Assembly: GCA_009103225.1 (NCBI GenBank)
Contig: RHPI01001517.1
Location: forward strand, 198,505 to 262,504
Direction of reading: 5' to 3'
Length of the DNA stretch: 64,000 nucleotides
DNA from: Chlorokybus atmophyticus
Lineage: Eukaryota; Plantae; Mesostigma and Chlorokybus algae
Under the pieces are notes generated by a model. The model did no database searches. It had not been told where the DNA came from and saw only the letters and a program-made list of their open reading frames with translations. The position numbers were made by a program, and so were the translations under genes. Shown piece by piece: positions 12,941 through 24,900 of the stretch; within the stretch, counting starts at the first letter, position 1, and every line of letters starts with the position of its first letter.

Positions 12941-15900
12941 ATGGCTCTCGCAATGTCTTCCGCTATGTGCATGCCCACCACCACTGCCAAGACCGTCTCC
13001 GCTAGGCCTGCTCTGAAGCTAGTCTTAGGACAAAAGGTGAGAGACTGTCGTGTGAATATCGACAGGTACGGTAATGTTTCTTCTTCATTTGTCACTGACT
13101 GTGGTTGCCCCTCCTGGTTACAGGCCTCCCCTATGCAGAGCGCTTGGGCGTCTTTCGCTGGTGCACGCTTCTGCCTCTCCTCAGGCAGCAAGAAGAACAT
13201 AAACCGCCTGGTCACATGCGCCAAGCCAGCTGAGACTAAGCTCCAATATACGTAAGTTGTTGCTTGCTACGACTATTGTGTTGCTCTCTGCCTGTGATGT
13301 GGATGTTCAGTGCACGTGCGTCTGCAAAATTGTGTATAACGCATGTGTAACATGCCATATCCATGTCCATGTGTATTCACACATGCATTGTGCACACCAT
13401 CATTTTATGCTTGTGTCTGTCACGTCCATCGTCGCAAATTTTACACGGTGACTGACTAAGGACTGAGGGACTGACTGGTGCCTGAGCCTGCCTGAGCCTG
13501 CCTGTTGCTGCCTGCAATATTACTTTTGGACTGTTGGGTTTGCCGTTGGCTTAAGTGGACTGACGCAGACGGCCGTGGGCCGAAAGTGGTTGTCAGTGGC
13601 ACTAACCGGCCGAGAGTTGTCAACCAGTTACCCTTTGGTCGATGTGCACAGACGGCCGTTGACCGGTAGTTACGGACAGCTGACAGCAATAGCCGGCAGT
13701 TTCTTTGCCGTTACACTGCTGTTAATATGTGACCCTTGCCGTTTGCCAAAAGTTGGCAATTCTTGCCGTAAGCCAACACTAACATGCCATGCAGCTTGTA
13801 CAAACCTTGGACTGATTGTTTGGTCTTGCACCTAAAAGCCCACAATATACACAATGTACGGGCAGTGGTGAGAGTATGTCCACTTACAACTGAGCAGCCG
13901 ACTTGCGCATGAAACTATCCTATAACATTGAGTCTAGCTGTCGGACTCATGCGCAGCTTGTCAACCCGTGGTGCCTGCCTAAGAACTCCTCCTCAAACCC
14001 CCTCCTCCTGTTCCTCCTTCGACGAGTCTTCTGCTTCAACGCCGGAGTCATCTTTATCCGCTGCTTCGCTCGCTGACAGTACAGCGGCTACTTCGTCCTT
14101 CAGCTTGAATGTCAGCGCCTCGCCGTGCACGCGCATGCGCTTGATGGTCGCTTTGAGAGTGACCACCTGCATTTGGTAATGCTGTAAGAGTGGCGTGCTG
14201 CCAGAGGACTAGCCCATCAGCATACACACGCTTACCTCGTCTTCCGCTTTGTTGCACTCCGCCAGGCAGACAGTCAGCCTGCCGCGCTGCTCTTGGTTCA
14301 CTCTGACCAACATGGCAATCTGCAAGCATACTGCTTAATTACCGCTGGAAACATAAAACTAGGTCATAGACCCGTTCGTTTGACTCCGCAGCTTCTCTTT
14401 TGCGACTTGTGAGCTCCCGCAAGTAGAAATAGGCTGTGCATTTGCGAGATTGGTCATGCTGTTCATGTGCATGACACTGGAGGTTGTGCATGAGGGTGTG
14501 CATGTCGTATTGACAATGTATGTCAAGTGCAAGATACTTGAGGCTGTGCATGTGCAAGATAAAAGAACCCTAGCATGTGGCATTGACAGTGCATCGTAAC
14601 CCACCTTGGTTATGCCAGTCTTGTTTGGTCCCTTCAATCATGTCGCCGTGGTCGCAGCTGCTGGTGGGTCGGATTTTCTTAGAGGCAGTATTGTGGTGTG
14701 CCTTTGCCCACTCGGATGGGGAGCCCTGTAAGATATCGCCCGAGTCACTGTTGTCATTGGATGTGCCCTTGGTAGTCTTGGTGGGGTTTGACACCGAGGA
14801 CACCCCTCCGGCACCCTGCCCGCCCTGTGCGAACATGGAATTCATCCCGGACCTCGACCACAATGCCCACTACGCCCCTGGCAGCGCCGCCAACGATCTT
14901 CCAAACGCCACATACCCTCGGCATCACGCCCCTGTAAGGGCATAGCTTGGCGGAGCTATCAATGGTGTTTTCATGCGCAGGGGGACTGACATTGCCAGAG
15001 TTGTCAATGGTACGAACTGCCATTGCCATTGTACAAAGGTACCATTTCAATGGTACCTTTGTATAATGCCTATACCTTGGGGCAAAGGCATCTTCGTACC
15101 ATTGAAACGGTTCAATCAGAATATATATATATATATATATATATCCAGACTCACCCTGGACGTTCAATGGCTCGATCGTACCATTATAATGGTACGACGG
15201 AGCCAGTGACTGGCGGCCAAGTTTCCCGCCTCTGGCATGCAGCGGTAGCGGTAGCGGTGGCGGTGGCGGTGGCGGCGGCGGCGGCGGGTGTGCGTGTTGC
15301 TGGATATGATGCAGGTTACATTGGCGACACCTGTGTCGACGTTAGTAGTGAGATATGGGAGTCCTTTGTCCGTATTGCCACATGCGCTTCGCCACACGCA
15401 GCTCGGTCTACATGCACATTATTAGCAGCAGGGTGTGCAAGCAGATCAAGCTGTATGTCGGCCAGCGTCCATTACAGTACGATGCGGGTCATGTTGAACC
15501 GGGGAGTTCGATCCAGGATGCTCACATGCTTGATGCTGAAGGATTCCTTCAGGAGACACACGCACAGCAGCAACAGGAGGAGGAGGAAGTGAACGAGGGC
15601 TTTCGATGTGTGCGTGTGCCTGAGAAACCTGTGGCACGCCAACATGGAAGTGGAGGCGTCCCTTCGCACGCGTCGGAATCCAGGTGGTATGGCTCTGAGC
15701 ATGCTCTTGCAGTGGCATTCGTGCAGTGCAACAACGGCCAAGGCCTGTCGGCCTCCGACATGGGGCGGATCATCAAGTGCATCCGAAATGCACACTTCCT
15801 GACGGAAGACCTCCAGTGGGAGACCGGTGTGCATGCGGCCAGCTACCTCCGGACCACGATTGCTTTCTCTCAGTCTGAGGTGTGTTCACGGTGTGCGGTG

Positions 15901-18900
15901 CATGTGCTTCAACCATCAGAGCCATGTCACATATGCACATGCGAGTGTGCTGCCGTATCAGAACTACGTGACGGCTGACCTGCGCAAGCCCGGAGACCCT
16001 GAGGATCAGGACATCTGCGTCACATATATGCCGGCCAAGGTCTGTGAAATGCAGTACCTAATGCAGTATCGATGCAGTATCTATTCTGAGGCCAGCATAG
16101 TAAGTAATGCTCTTGGTCGGAGCAGGTATGGCTCGCGCGGTTGTATGGCAATCCACATGCCGCCAATGGCTTCAATCTCCAGTACACTGGTGACGAGCAC
16201 AGCTTTGGCCATCCTTCCACGGGCGATTGGTGGAAGGATGTGGAGGTGGATTTGAGGAGAGAGGTGGGGGAAGCGTCCTACTTGGCGCCTGCCATTCTGT
16301 ACAGTGACAAGACCACGCTGGACAGCGCGGGCAAGCGCTCTGGCTACCCTCTGATGGCATCGCTTGCCAACTACAGTTGGGACATGTATGCTAGCAACAT
16401 GGGGGTTGTTATGATAGCGCTTCTGCCGGTGGTTCACGCAGTGGCCGGGCATCCCACCTGGGCGCAGGGCAAGGAATCGTTCTCCATTCGGAAACGTGAG
16501 ATTTTTCATGACGCTTTGAATGTAGTGTTAGGGGATGTGAAGCGGGCGAGTTGGGAAGGTCTGCAGCTCATCGACCCGAATGGCATCGAGCGTCGTGTGT
16601 TTCCCGCGCTTGCCAACTACATCAGCGATTTGCAGGTAGTGGGCATGAATGGTTGTAACCGGATGCAGCCCGCCAGCAAACAGTGCATGGAGGATGTTGT
16701 CAGTAGAACATCTGAGTTTGTCGTGTTGTAGGAGACTGCCACACTCGCACGCACTGTGTCGGGCAACCAAACACGACATCCTTGCGATGTTTGTCTCGTC
16801 ACCAAATCAGATCTGTTGGAGATGGATGAGGACCGGGAATTGAGAACCGAGGCCTTCTACACACCAGCAATACGTCAGCTGCGGGCGGACCTGCATAGCG
16901 GTGTTAGGAATGCACGCCAGACAGCCAAGGCTTTCAAAGAGCAGCACTCCATGCATGTCGAGGAGGTAATGGTCAAATTACCGGCATTCGTGAGGATGAA
17001 TGGCTTTCCGTGAAACCAGGCAATGTGGTTTGGCAACAGAATGCACTGTGGGGTTGGCGACAGTCGCGGGTGCCGGGAGCTGACTGCTACTCTCGTCTTG
17101 CCCCTGACGCAATGCATGTGCTGGGAGGCATCATTGACCACCTGCTTGCTGCTGTGTACGACGCCGCGAAGGAACGAATGCGTCCATCCACGAGACAGAT
17201 TCTGCAGGCCAGGCACGTCTTTGGTGTTGCTTTTGTGTTGAACACAAAAGCCAACAACACGTGCTCACGAGCAGATGTGCACAGGCTGAATGCATGCAAG
17301 GCGACTCTGCGGGTTTCGCACTTCAAGGCACCCACAAGCACAGTAGATTTCTTCCTGTCCGACCACTCCTTTCAGGTGGTGGAGAAAGTGGCGGTGCTGC
17401 AGCTGCTGCCGGTCCTCGCAGACGGTTTGCTGCTCGACAGTGAGGGCAACGATTTCTTCACCATTGCTGCCGCATCGCTTGCCCAGTGGAACAAGAAGTT
17501 GCTGAAGGCGCATGAACACACAAGAGAGACCCTGACCACAGCCGACAACGAGCTGGCTGCCTTCAAAGCTGCAGTGTTGCATCCGCTGCTGTCGTCATAT
17601 TTTGCACAGAAGTCAGGTTGGAAGATCGAGAAGATGCATCAGCTCACTCATTTTGGGCCGGCAGTTGTCAGCAGTGGACACCCAGATTGGTTCAGCGCCA
17701 ACCGCATGGAGCAGACGCACGCCCAAAATATTAAACGGTGGGCGCGTGGTGGCAACAACCGGGACTACCAGGCACGTATCCTGAAGGCATGGAGCTGTGC
17801 GGAATATGTGAGAGAGGATGGCATGGTCGTGGATCCCGAGATGCGCTCGGTCATGGCGCAGGCAGTGCTGTAATGTCATGGAGAAGACGGACAAGTTGCT
17901 ACGGATGGATGTGCTGACAAGGAGGGAGTCCAGCCCGTACTGGAGCGGATCTGCGCGTAGCCGCCAAGTCGCCTTGAAGACTCCATTTGCCGACAAGCTG
18001 CCTGCCACCCTGGACAGCTGGTTGAGGAGGGAACAACTGGAGTTGGCCGACGGGTGGCGTGCTGTTCGCGTGGTGAACGGAGGCGCAGCGGTGTACATGA
18101 CATCAGGAGTCAGCATGGCGCGCGCAACTGGGATGTTCCATGGGCGGCCTTGGTTCTCTACACTTGAGTTGGAAGGTAATGAGGACGGTGTGAACGTGAC
18201 GTGGTGGGCTCAGGCACTCTTTTTTTTGCGCGTGGTGGTGTGGGGTGGTAGCGGCGAGCGCGTGTGGAAGGAGGTCGTGTTTGTCCGCTGGTACATGAAG
18301 CTGGATGTGACGAGCGACACAAAGTGCATTGCTCTGGAATGGGAAAAGCGTCGAGGCGGTCCACATCTCGATGTCGTGACTCTGGAGCAAGTAAAAGGCA
18401 TTGTCCAGCTGCTCCCCATGTTTGACAAGGACAGCGCCCGTGTACAAGAGGGCAAGTATTGGGTGAACGTTCACTGCACTTCCACGTGACACATGTACTT
18501 GTCTCACTACTCTCAGTTTGGAGCATATCAGTCAGTTAGGCATTGCTAATCGTATGCTAAGACTTTTGCATGTGGACGTGTACAATACCAGGCAGCTGTC
18601 ACTGCACAACTGTCACCACAATCAAATGATCCATGCAACATTCAACAACAAGTCCGCCGTGTGGCATTAAGCATCAATACAGTGCACCACACTCAAGCCT
18701 CATAGTTCCATGACACAGGAGGGTAGTCACAGCGCATATCCATTGTTTCAAGCATGAGACGCCCTATGCACTCCGCCATTGCGGGAGGAACTGCATTCGC
18801 TATGGAAACGGCCGAGGTCATCCATGGCACTCCCAGCGCTGTTTGCCACGCAGCAATGCCGCCCCTGGTGCTTGGAAGGCCATAGACCGGGTACATCTGC

Positions 18901-21900
18901 TGTGGCGCGTTTGATGTCACGATTGTCTTCTTCGCGCTAGCGGACAGGTGCGGCGATAGCAGTCCAACTGCCTTGCCCGCGTGCGAGCAGCGTGCTGGTG
19001 GGGTAGCTACCACTGGCTGTGTCTCAAACAGACGGTGTCGGAAAGTTGATAGGCCAAACATCGTGCCACAAAGGGACGGATTGGGTCTGAATGAGGAAGC
19101 TGCTCCTGGCACATTCTCAATCACAAACTTGACCTGGCTTGCAAGCAGCAGACGTCGGACGAGCAGTATCATATGCTGGTGTCTCCAGGATGTGCCATGT
19201 GCCGCCCGTTGAGGTGCCGGGATAGCACCTGAATAGGCCTGGCATGGTGGACTGGCCCAGATGAGCTCGTACTCGCTCAGCTCTCCTGCACTCAGGGTGC
19301 ATACATCGCGGTGTATGAAGGGCAGCGGGTACTCAGAGGAGGGACTTATGTCCATCCCGGTCACGTCAAAGCCTGCGTGGTATAGACCGCCACTGGCACC
19401 GCCACCGCCGCAGAATAGGTTGAGTGCCCTTGGTCTGCGTGTGCGTCCCAGCTTGTTGTCAAATGGCGTGTATGTGGTCAAGGCTGGCCGCGGTGCTGGC
19501 CAGGGGCTAATAATGATGCCGTCCGGGCTTACTTTGCGACTGACGTTCTCCCCTCCGGCGCGCAGAACATGGCGTGCCCCGTCAACTGATGTGTACGCGA
19601 ATACGTTGTGCCCTTTGAAGTTGATGGTTTGTGGTCGATCACCGTCATCGAATACTATACGGTGCTGCCCTGCAAAGACATTTTCCATTGCACCATGCAT
19701 ATATGATGCGTTCTCAATCTCGCACGCCACAAAGCGATGCTGACCTGACGCTTGCTTGAATGATTCCACAACGCCCGCATACCATTCCCCATCCAGCGGC
19801 CAATGCACCATGACACTCACACCGATCAGCTGCTCGCATCCCAACTTAACTGCGTTCCGCAGCCGATGCAGTGCGCTGTCCAACGGTCGATGGTCTGCCT
19901 CCTCTACAGCGGCCAGGGGATGGAACTGCCCACGCCCACACCGTGGAAGACTGCTCTGAATGCGACAACAGCTTCAACATGCATAACATGCAGTGATACC
20001 TTGCGGTCCACTCTGCCGAATTACCTCCACAGCATCTACCACATGTTCACTAACCACATGTCCTGGTGTTGTCTATGTGGAGAAGCGCATGGGTTCCCCT
20101 CGCCACTCGAAGCATGAGCGCGAGCACGATTCGCACACGCACTGCACGCAATGGAAAAACTCGGGTTCCTTGCACAGCACTTGGCCGAGGCGGCAGCCAA
20201 ACACGTCGACATTGTGTGTGGTGTGATGCCAGCAAGCAGCACTAAAACCGTGGCACACTGTCTGCACTCGCTGGCATTCGGTCAAGTGTGCTCGCATTTG
20301 CTACCTACGGCCATTTGCACATACGTACGCATTGCATTGTGGGCACACCAAGCATGGTCTCCTAGGTGAGGGTGATTCAACTGCTGCCGCCGACATCATG
20401 AAAAATAGGAATCGGCACGGCTGCCCACAAACTGAGCGAGACTTTAGGGTATGGGCATCAATTTAGGGTTGCCAGCTTACGAACCCTAAATGGGTCAAAC
20501 TTCAAGTGAAGCACGACTGTACCTTATACGCTATTGCAGTACCATGCATGGTACTACATCAACATGAATGGTACTCTATCTGTTAATGGTACTACAGTAC
20601 AAGGATACTCGCATACTACCACGATCGTAGAGTAATACTGTGCTGTCATGCCATGGAACCCAGAGCGCTGTCCGAGTTTGTTGCTGTCAACCACGCTCTA
20701 AACCAGCGAGGTATGCAAGCCATGCACTGACTCATGCGCCGGGCAGTCATCATACACATGTACAGCCAATGCTTCTAACAACAGCAGATCTCTGGTGCAC
20801 CATGCACCATGCTGCAACTATACATGTACCTACATGGTTCACAGGAAGCCAACACAAAACTACAATACATGCACAATTGGCATCAAGGCGGGGGCCAAAT
20901 CACCGCCGACACGTTGGCGTCTTGCATCAGGCGTGGCGACCAAAACGGGTGAGGTTGCTTGCAGAATGGACACGCTTGTAGATTCTTTGATTTATTTGCC
21001 ACAGTCTTCTGATGTGCTATGATGCAGACATGGCACATCGCTTTCTTGCAACAGGGCGTCTCCCCATCCGGGGGGGGGGGTGGCTCTTCAATGCGACAAA
21101 TCAGCACACATGGTGCACGCGGGTGTGCAAGCTGCCTCTGCCACCAAACTCTGTTATCGCGTCGCAGGCGTAGCGACTCCCATCTGAATGGCGCAGCATA
21201 ACGCTCCACTGCCTGCTCGATCACCTGACGCCCATCTGCCGCCATACACCACCTGCTGGTCTTGGTGGTCTCGTCCAGCATGCGTTCATCCAGGCCCTCG
21301 ACATGGCTGTCGTCACTCGTGTACTCCCCCGCATCGTCATTTTCTTCGAGCTTCCACAGAATCAGCTCGACGTGCCGTATGACATACAGCCACTGCCAGC
21401 CAAAGCATGCCAAGTACAGCTCGAATGGTTTTACTTGCCACCCAGTATGTTTGCTCAGGTAGTGGCACACATCTCGACCCGCATTAGTCGACATCGACAG
21501 GTACATCTGCTGCAGCAGGTCGAAGTTCTGCTCCGCAGATAGCTCTTGCACATTGCCGGGGTGCTGCGGCAGCAACAACACCATCATATCGAGGACGGCG
21601 AGGGGCAACAACGTACTACGGATGGCCATATCGTGTATGGGTTCCAACCACGGCCAATCCCCAGAGGTCTGTTTAGACCGCATTCTCCGCGTTTGCTCCC
21701 ACTTATTGCAAACTTTCGTCACCCACCTCGAGGCATGCCGCATGCGGTGATGCAGCGCGTCTTGGGCGTACTGTAGGGTGATCAACTCCTTTGCACTACG
21801 AGTCAGCCCCCCAAAGCGTCTGCGCGTCGGTGCTTTGAGCTTAGGCAGCTCGTGCCGCACCGGCTGTCTCTCTGGACGATGCTGAGCAGCCACTTGACGC

Positions 21901-24900
21901 TGTAAACCCGCCTGTGCCTACTCAGGACACACAGTCAGCCCCAGTGAGGCTTCAAGGCGCTGTGCTTCTTCTAATGTTGTAACGATGCCTCACCTTTCCT
22001 TTTTTGGTCCTGTCAGCGTCCTTTGTTCCAACAACCTTCTTCTTTTTTTTTTTGTCACCCTGCACATCCTGGCAGGCGCTCTCCGTGGCACTGTCACTCA
22101 GAGGAGGTAAGGCGTTATCTTCTTGCTCCACAGCCTTGCGCTTGTTGGTTGCCTCCCGTTCCTCCACGACCTCATGTTGCTTCATGAGGTCGAGCATGAA
22201 GCCTTTGTCTTTCAGCGCAGCTTTCAGGACACCTCGATCAATCTCTTTACCAACAAGACAGGCTGGGATCAATGTGGCAAGCTTAGAGGGAGAGGGCGAG
22301 CTACAGCTGCTTCTTGATGGAGATGCCTCCGGATGGTCAGAGTGCGGTGGCAAGTGAGTCTCCGCGGCAGGAAGGGAGGGTGCTGAATTGGGATTGCGAG
22401 CATGTGGCTGTGGTTGAGGGGAGGCAGGATGTGCAGAACACTCGGCTACTTCTTGCCTAGCACACGAAGGCGAGGCCTGAGGCGTTGGCGCAGCACTCTG
22501 GGTCACAGCCGGTGGTAGCGGGGAATTGGCAACGCCATGCCGCCACTCTCCGATCAGGTGTGTTACCTCCGGTGGCACTTCATGCATAGGCCACGACCAC
22601 TGTTCGGTGCTTGCAGGCTTGAGGAGCCAAAAGTGTGCTTCTGGCTCATCAGGAGCAGTGTTGCCCACCACCAGGACTGAGTTGGGGGCTTCTTTATTTC
22701 CAACCCAAACTGCGCTGCCGGGCCGTGGCACCCACTCCCCATGCTCGCGCTGAACGGTCACGCAGCCAATCAACAAGCCCAGCTTGTTGGCAAACATGGT
22801 CATCTGCAGGTGCTCGACGTACACATCTTTTCTCCGCACGATCTGTCGCACCTTGGCCATGGCTAGGTCAATGTTGCAGTTGATATCAGCCAACATGGTC
22901 GCAGGCAGTTTGTCGTAATACTGCGCCATCTCTCCCGCGGCACCAGTGGCTCTGCAGAAGTCTAGGATTCTGCTCGCCACGCCTGCATCGACAGCCTTGG
23001 CGGTGATTTTGCGGAGAGTGTGCCCCCTGCCGTCGTCGTCCATGGTGTCCAGCATGGCCCAAAATCTGCTCGAGCTGGGGCACTTGTGATCATCCAGGAC
23101 ACTTTGCGCTATGGATGGCCTGGCGCGAAATACACAATGGTAGAAGCAGTTACCATCCGTTGGCGCATTGAAGTGGTCCCATGAGGCGAGCTGGCCACCT
23201 AGCATGACTGATGGCCGGCGGGTTGCGGCCAGCTCCTCTGATGACTCGCTGGCAGGTGGTGACCCCTGCTGCATGCGCATACAGCACTCACATGGTGTGT
23301 CCAACTGTGGACGGCAAGAGTCATAGTGACTGATAAAGTACCTAAGTTTGGGGCAGACTGCCGGCTTCAACTTGCAGCGGGTGGGGTAAGGTAGGTGCAG
23401 AAGCCACATCGGTTGTTGCATTGTGCTGTGGTCTCGCCGGTGGCGGCAAGAAGGATTGTTGCCCCGCAATCACCGGTGCTGCTCGTGGAGGGAATGGCAG
23501 TGCACGAAGGACTGGTGCCGCGGAAGGTGGTTGCGCTCTGGCTGGGAGGGGAGCATGAGCTGCAGGTGAGACCACTTGTGCATGCAGCAAGGGGGGCCTG
23601 TATACAGGACCCAGGATAAGATGGCTCACAATGTTGCAAACGACAAATATAAGCTTATGCAGTGCCTGACGCATTGTTACCAAGGCACGAGCATAAAAGA
23701 CAGCGACGTACCTCAATGGCCCGTGGGCTGCATGGAGCAGGGAAAGCCATGGGGGCTGACAAGGTGGTATTGGCTGCACTCTCCCCGCCACCCTCAATGG
23801 CAGACTCGTCACGGAGCTCTTGAGCCATGGGCACATCATGCGCCACTGCCCCAATGGACATGTCGGGATTCAACAGGCCAACATGCATGTTAAACTGATG
23901 CCGCATTGCCGCCGCGCCCATCAGCAAGTGGGATTGAAGGACCAGTTGATGGGATTGAATCCAGGCTTGCATAGGAGCTCCAACAGGACTTAGTGCACTG
24001 TGGTGCTGTCAACCAATCACATGTGGGTTAGCTGCATGCTTGCGACACTGCAATTGCAATAGTCAACTGCGTCACACCGTCATCAGTTGGTTGCTTCGAA
24101 CAGTCACTGCGGCATTGCTGGTTGATGCACGAATGGTTGCATGGACTGCGTCATTGCTGGTTGATGCACTATTGGTTGAATGCCGGACGCATGGCCACGC
24201 GCTCCTGTGCTCAAACCCAACCTACTTCGTTCGGCACGCGCGCGCGACTTCGCACGCTCACGCACATCCTAGCATGGAAAGGTAGGCATGCATTGGAGCC
24301 GACATTGCAGTCAACATGCACAGCGAGATTGGCAACAACATACCGCCGCCCAGCTCTGTCTATCTGCTCTTGCTTCCGCAATGTCGGCTTGACTGTAGGG
24401 TGGGTATGGGTGAATAGTGGAGGCCTGCAGCCACGCTACATATATCACATGGACTGCGCTAAAAAACAAATTGCTCTTGCAAGGAAATGCATGTGACTGT
24501 TGAGCGTACCTCTGCATTCCTTTGTGCTTGTTCCCACAGCCGCAACTGGTCCCGCATGGTTCTGACAAGGGGCTCCAAGGACTGCAGCTCCTGATCCACT
24601 CCCTGTTGCAGAAAGCGAGCCACCAAGCAGCTCTCTGTGTGAAGATGGTCTTTAATGGCTTGCCTGCTGGTTTGTCCAATGTTGGTGATGCATGTTGGAC
24701 AGCCCCATTGCTGACGCCTGCCATGATCCATGACGTGGCGACCGGTAGTAGCTGGCTTCGCTGCTTGAACTCTTACGACCACAACTTCTCGCAAGATGTG
24801 CCACGCCGCCGCCGCCGCCGCCGCCTCCTCCGACTCCTGGTCCTCCGCCTCCTAGTCGAACCCAGGCCCATCAAGCCTGACATTCGACCCGTCATCGACC

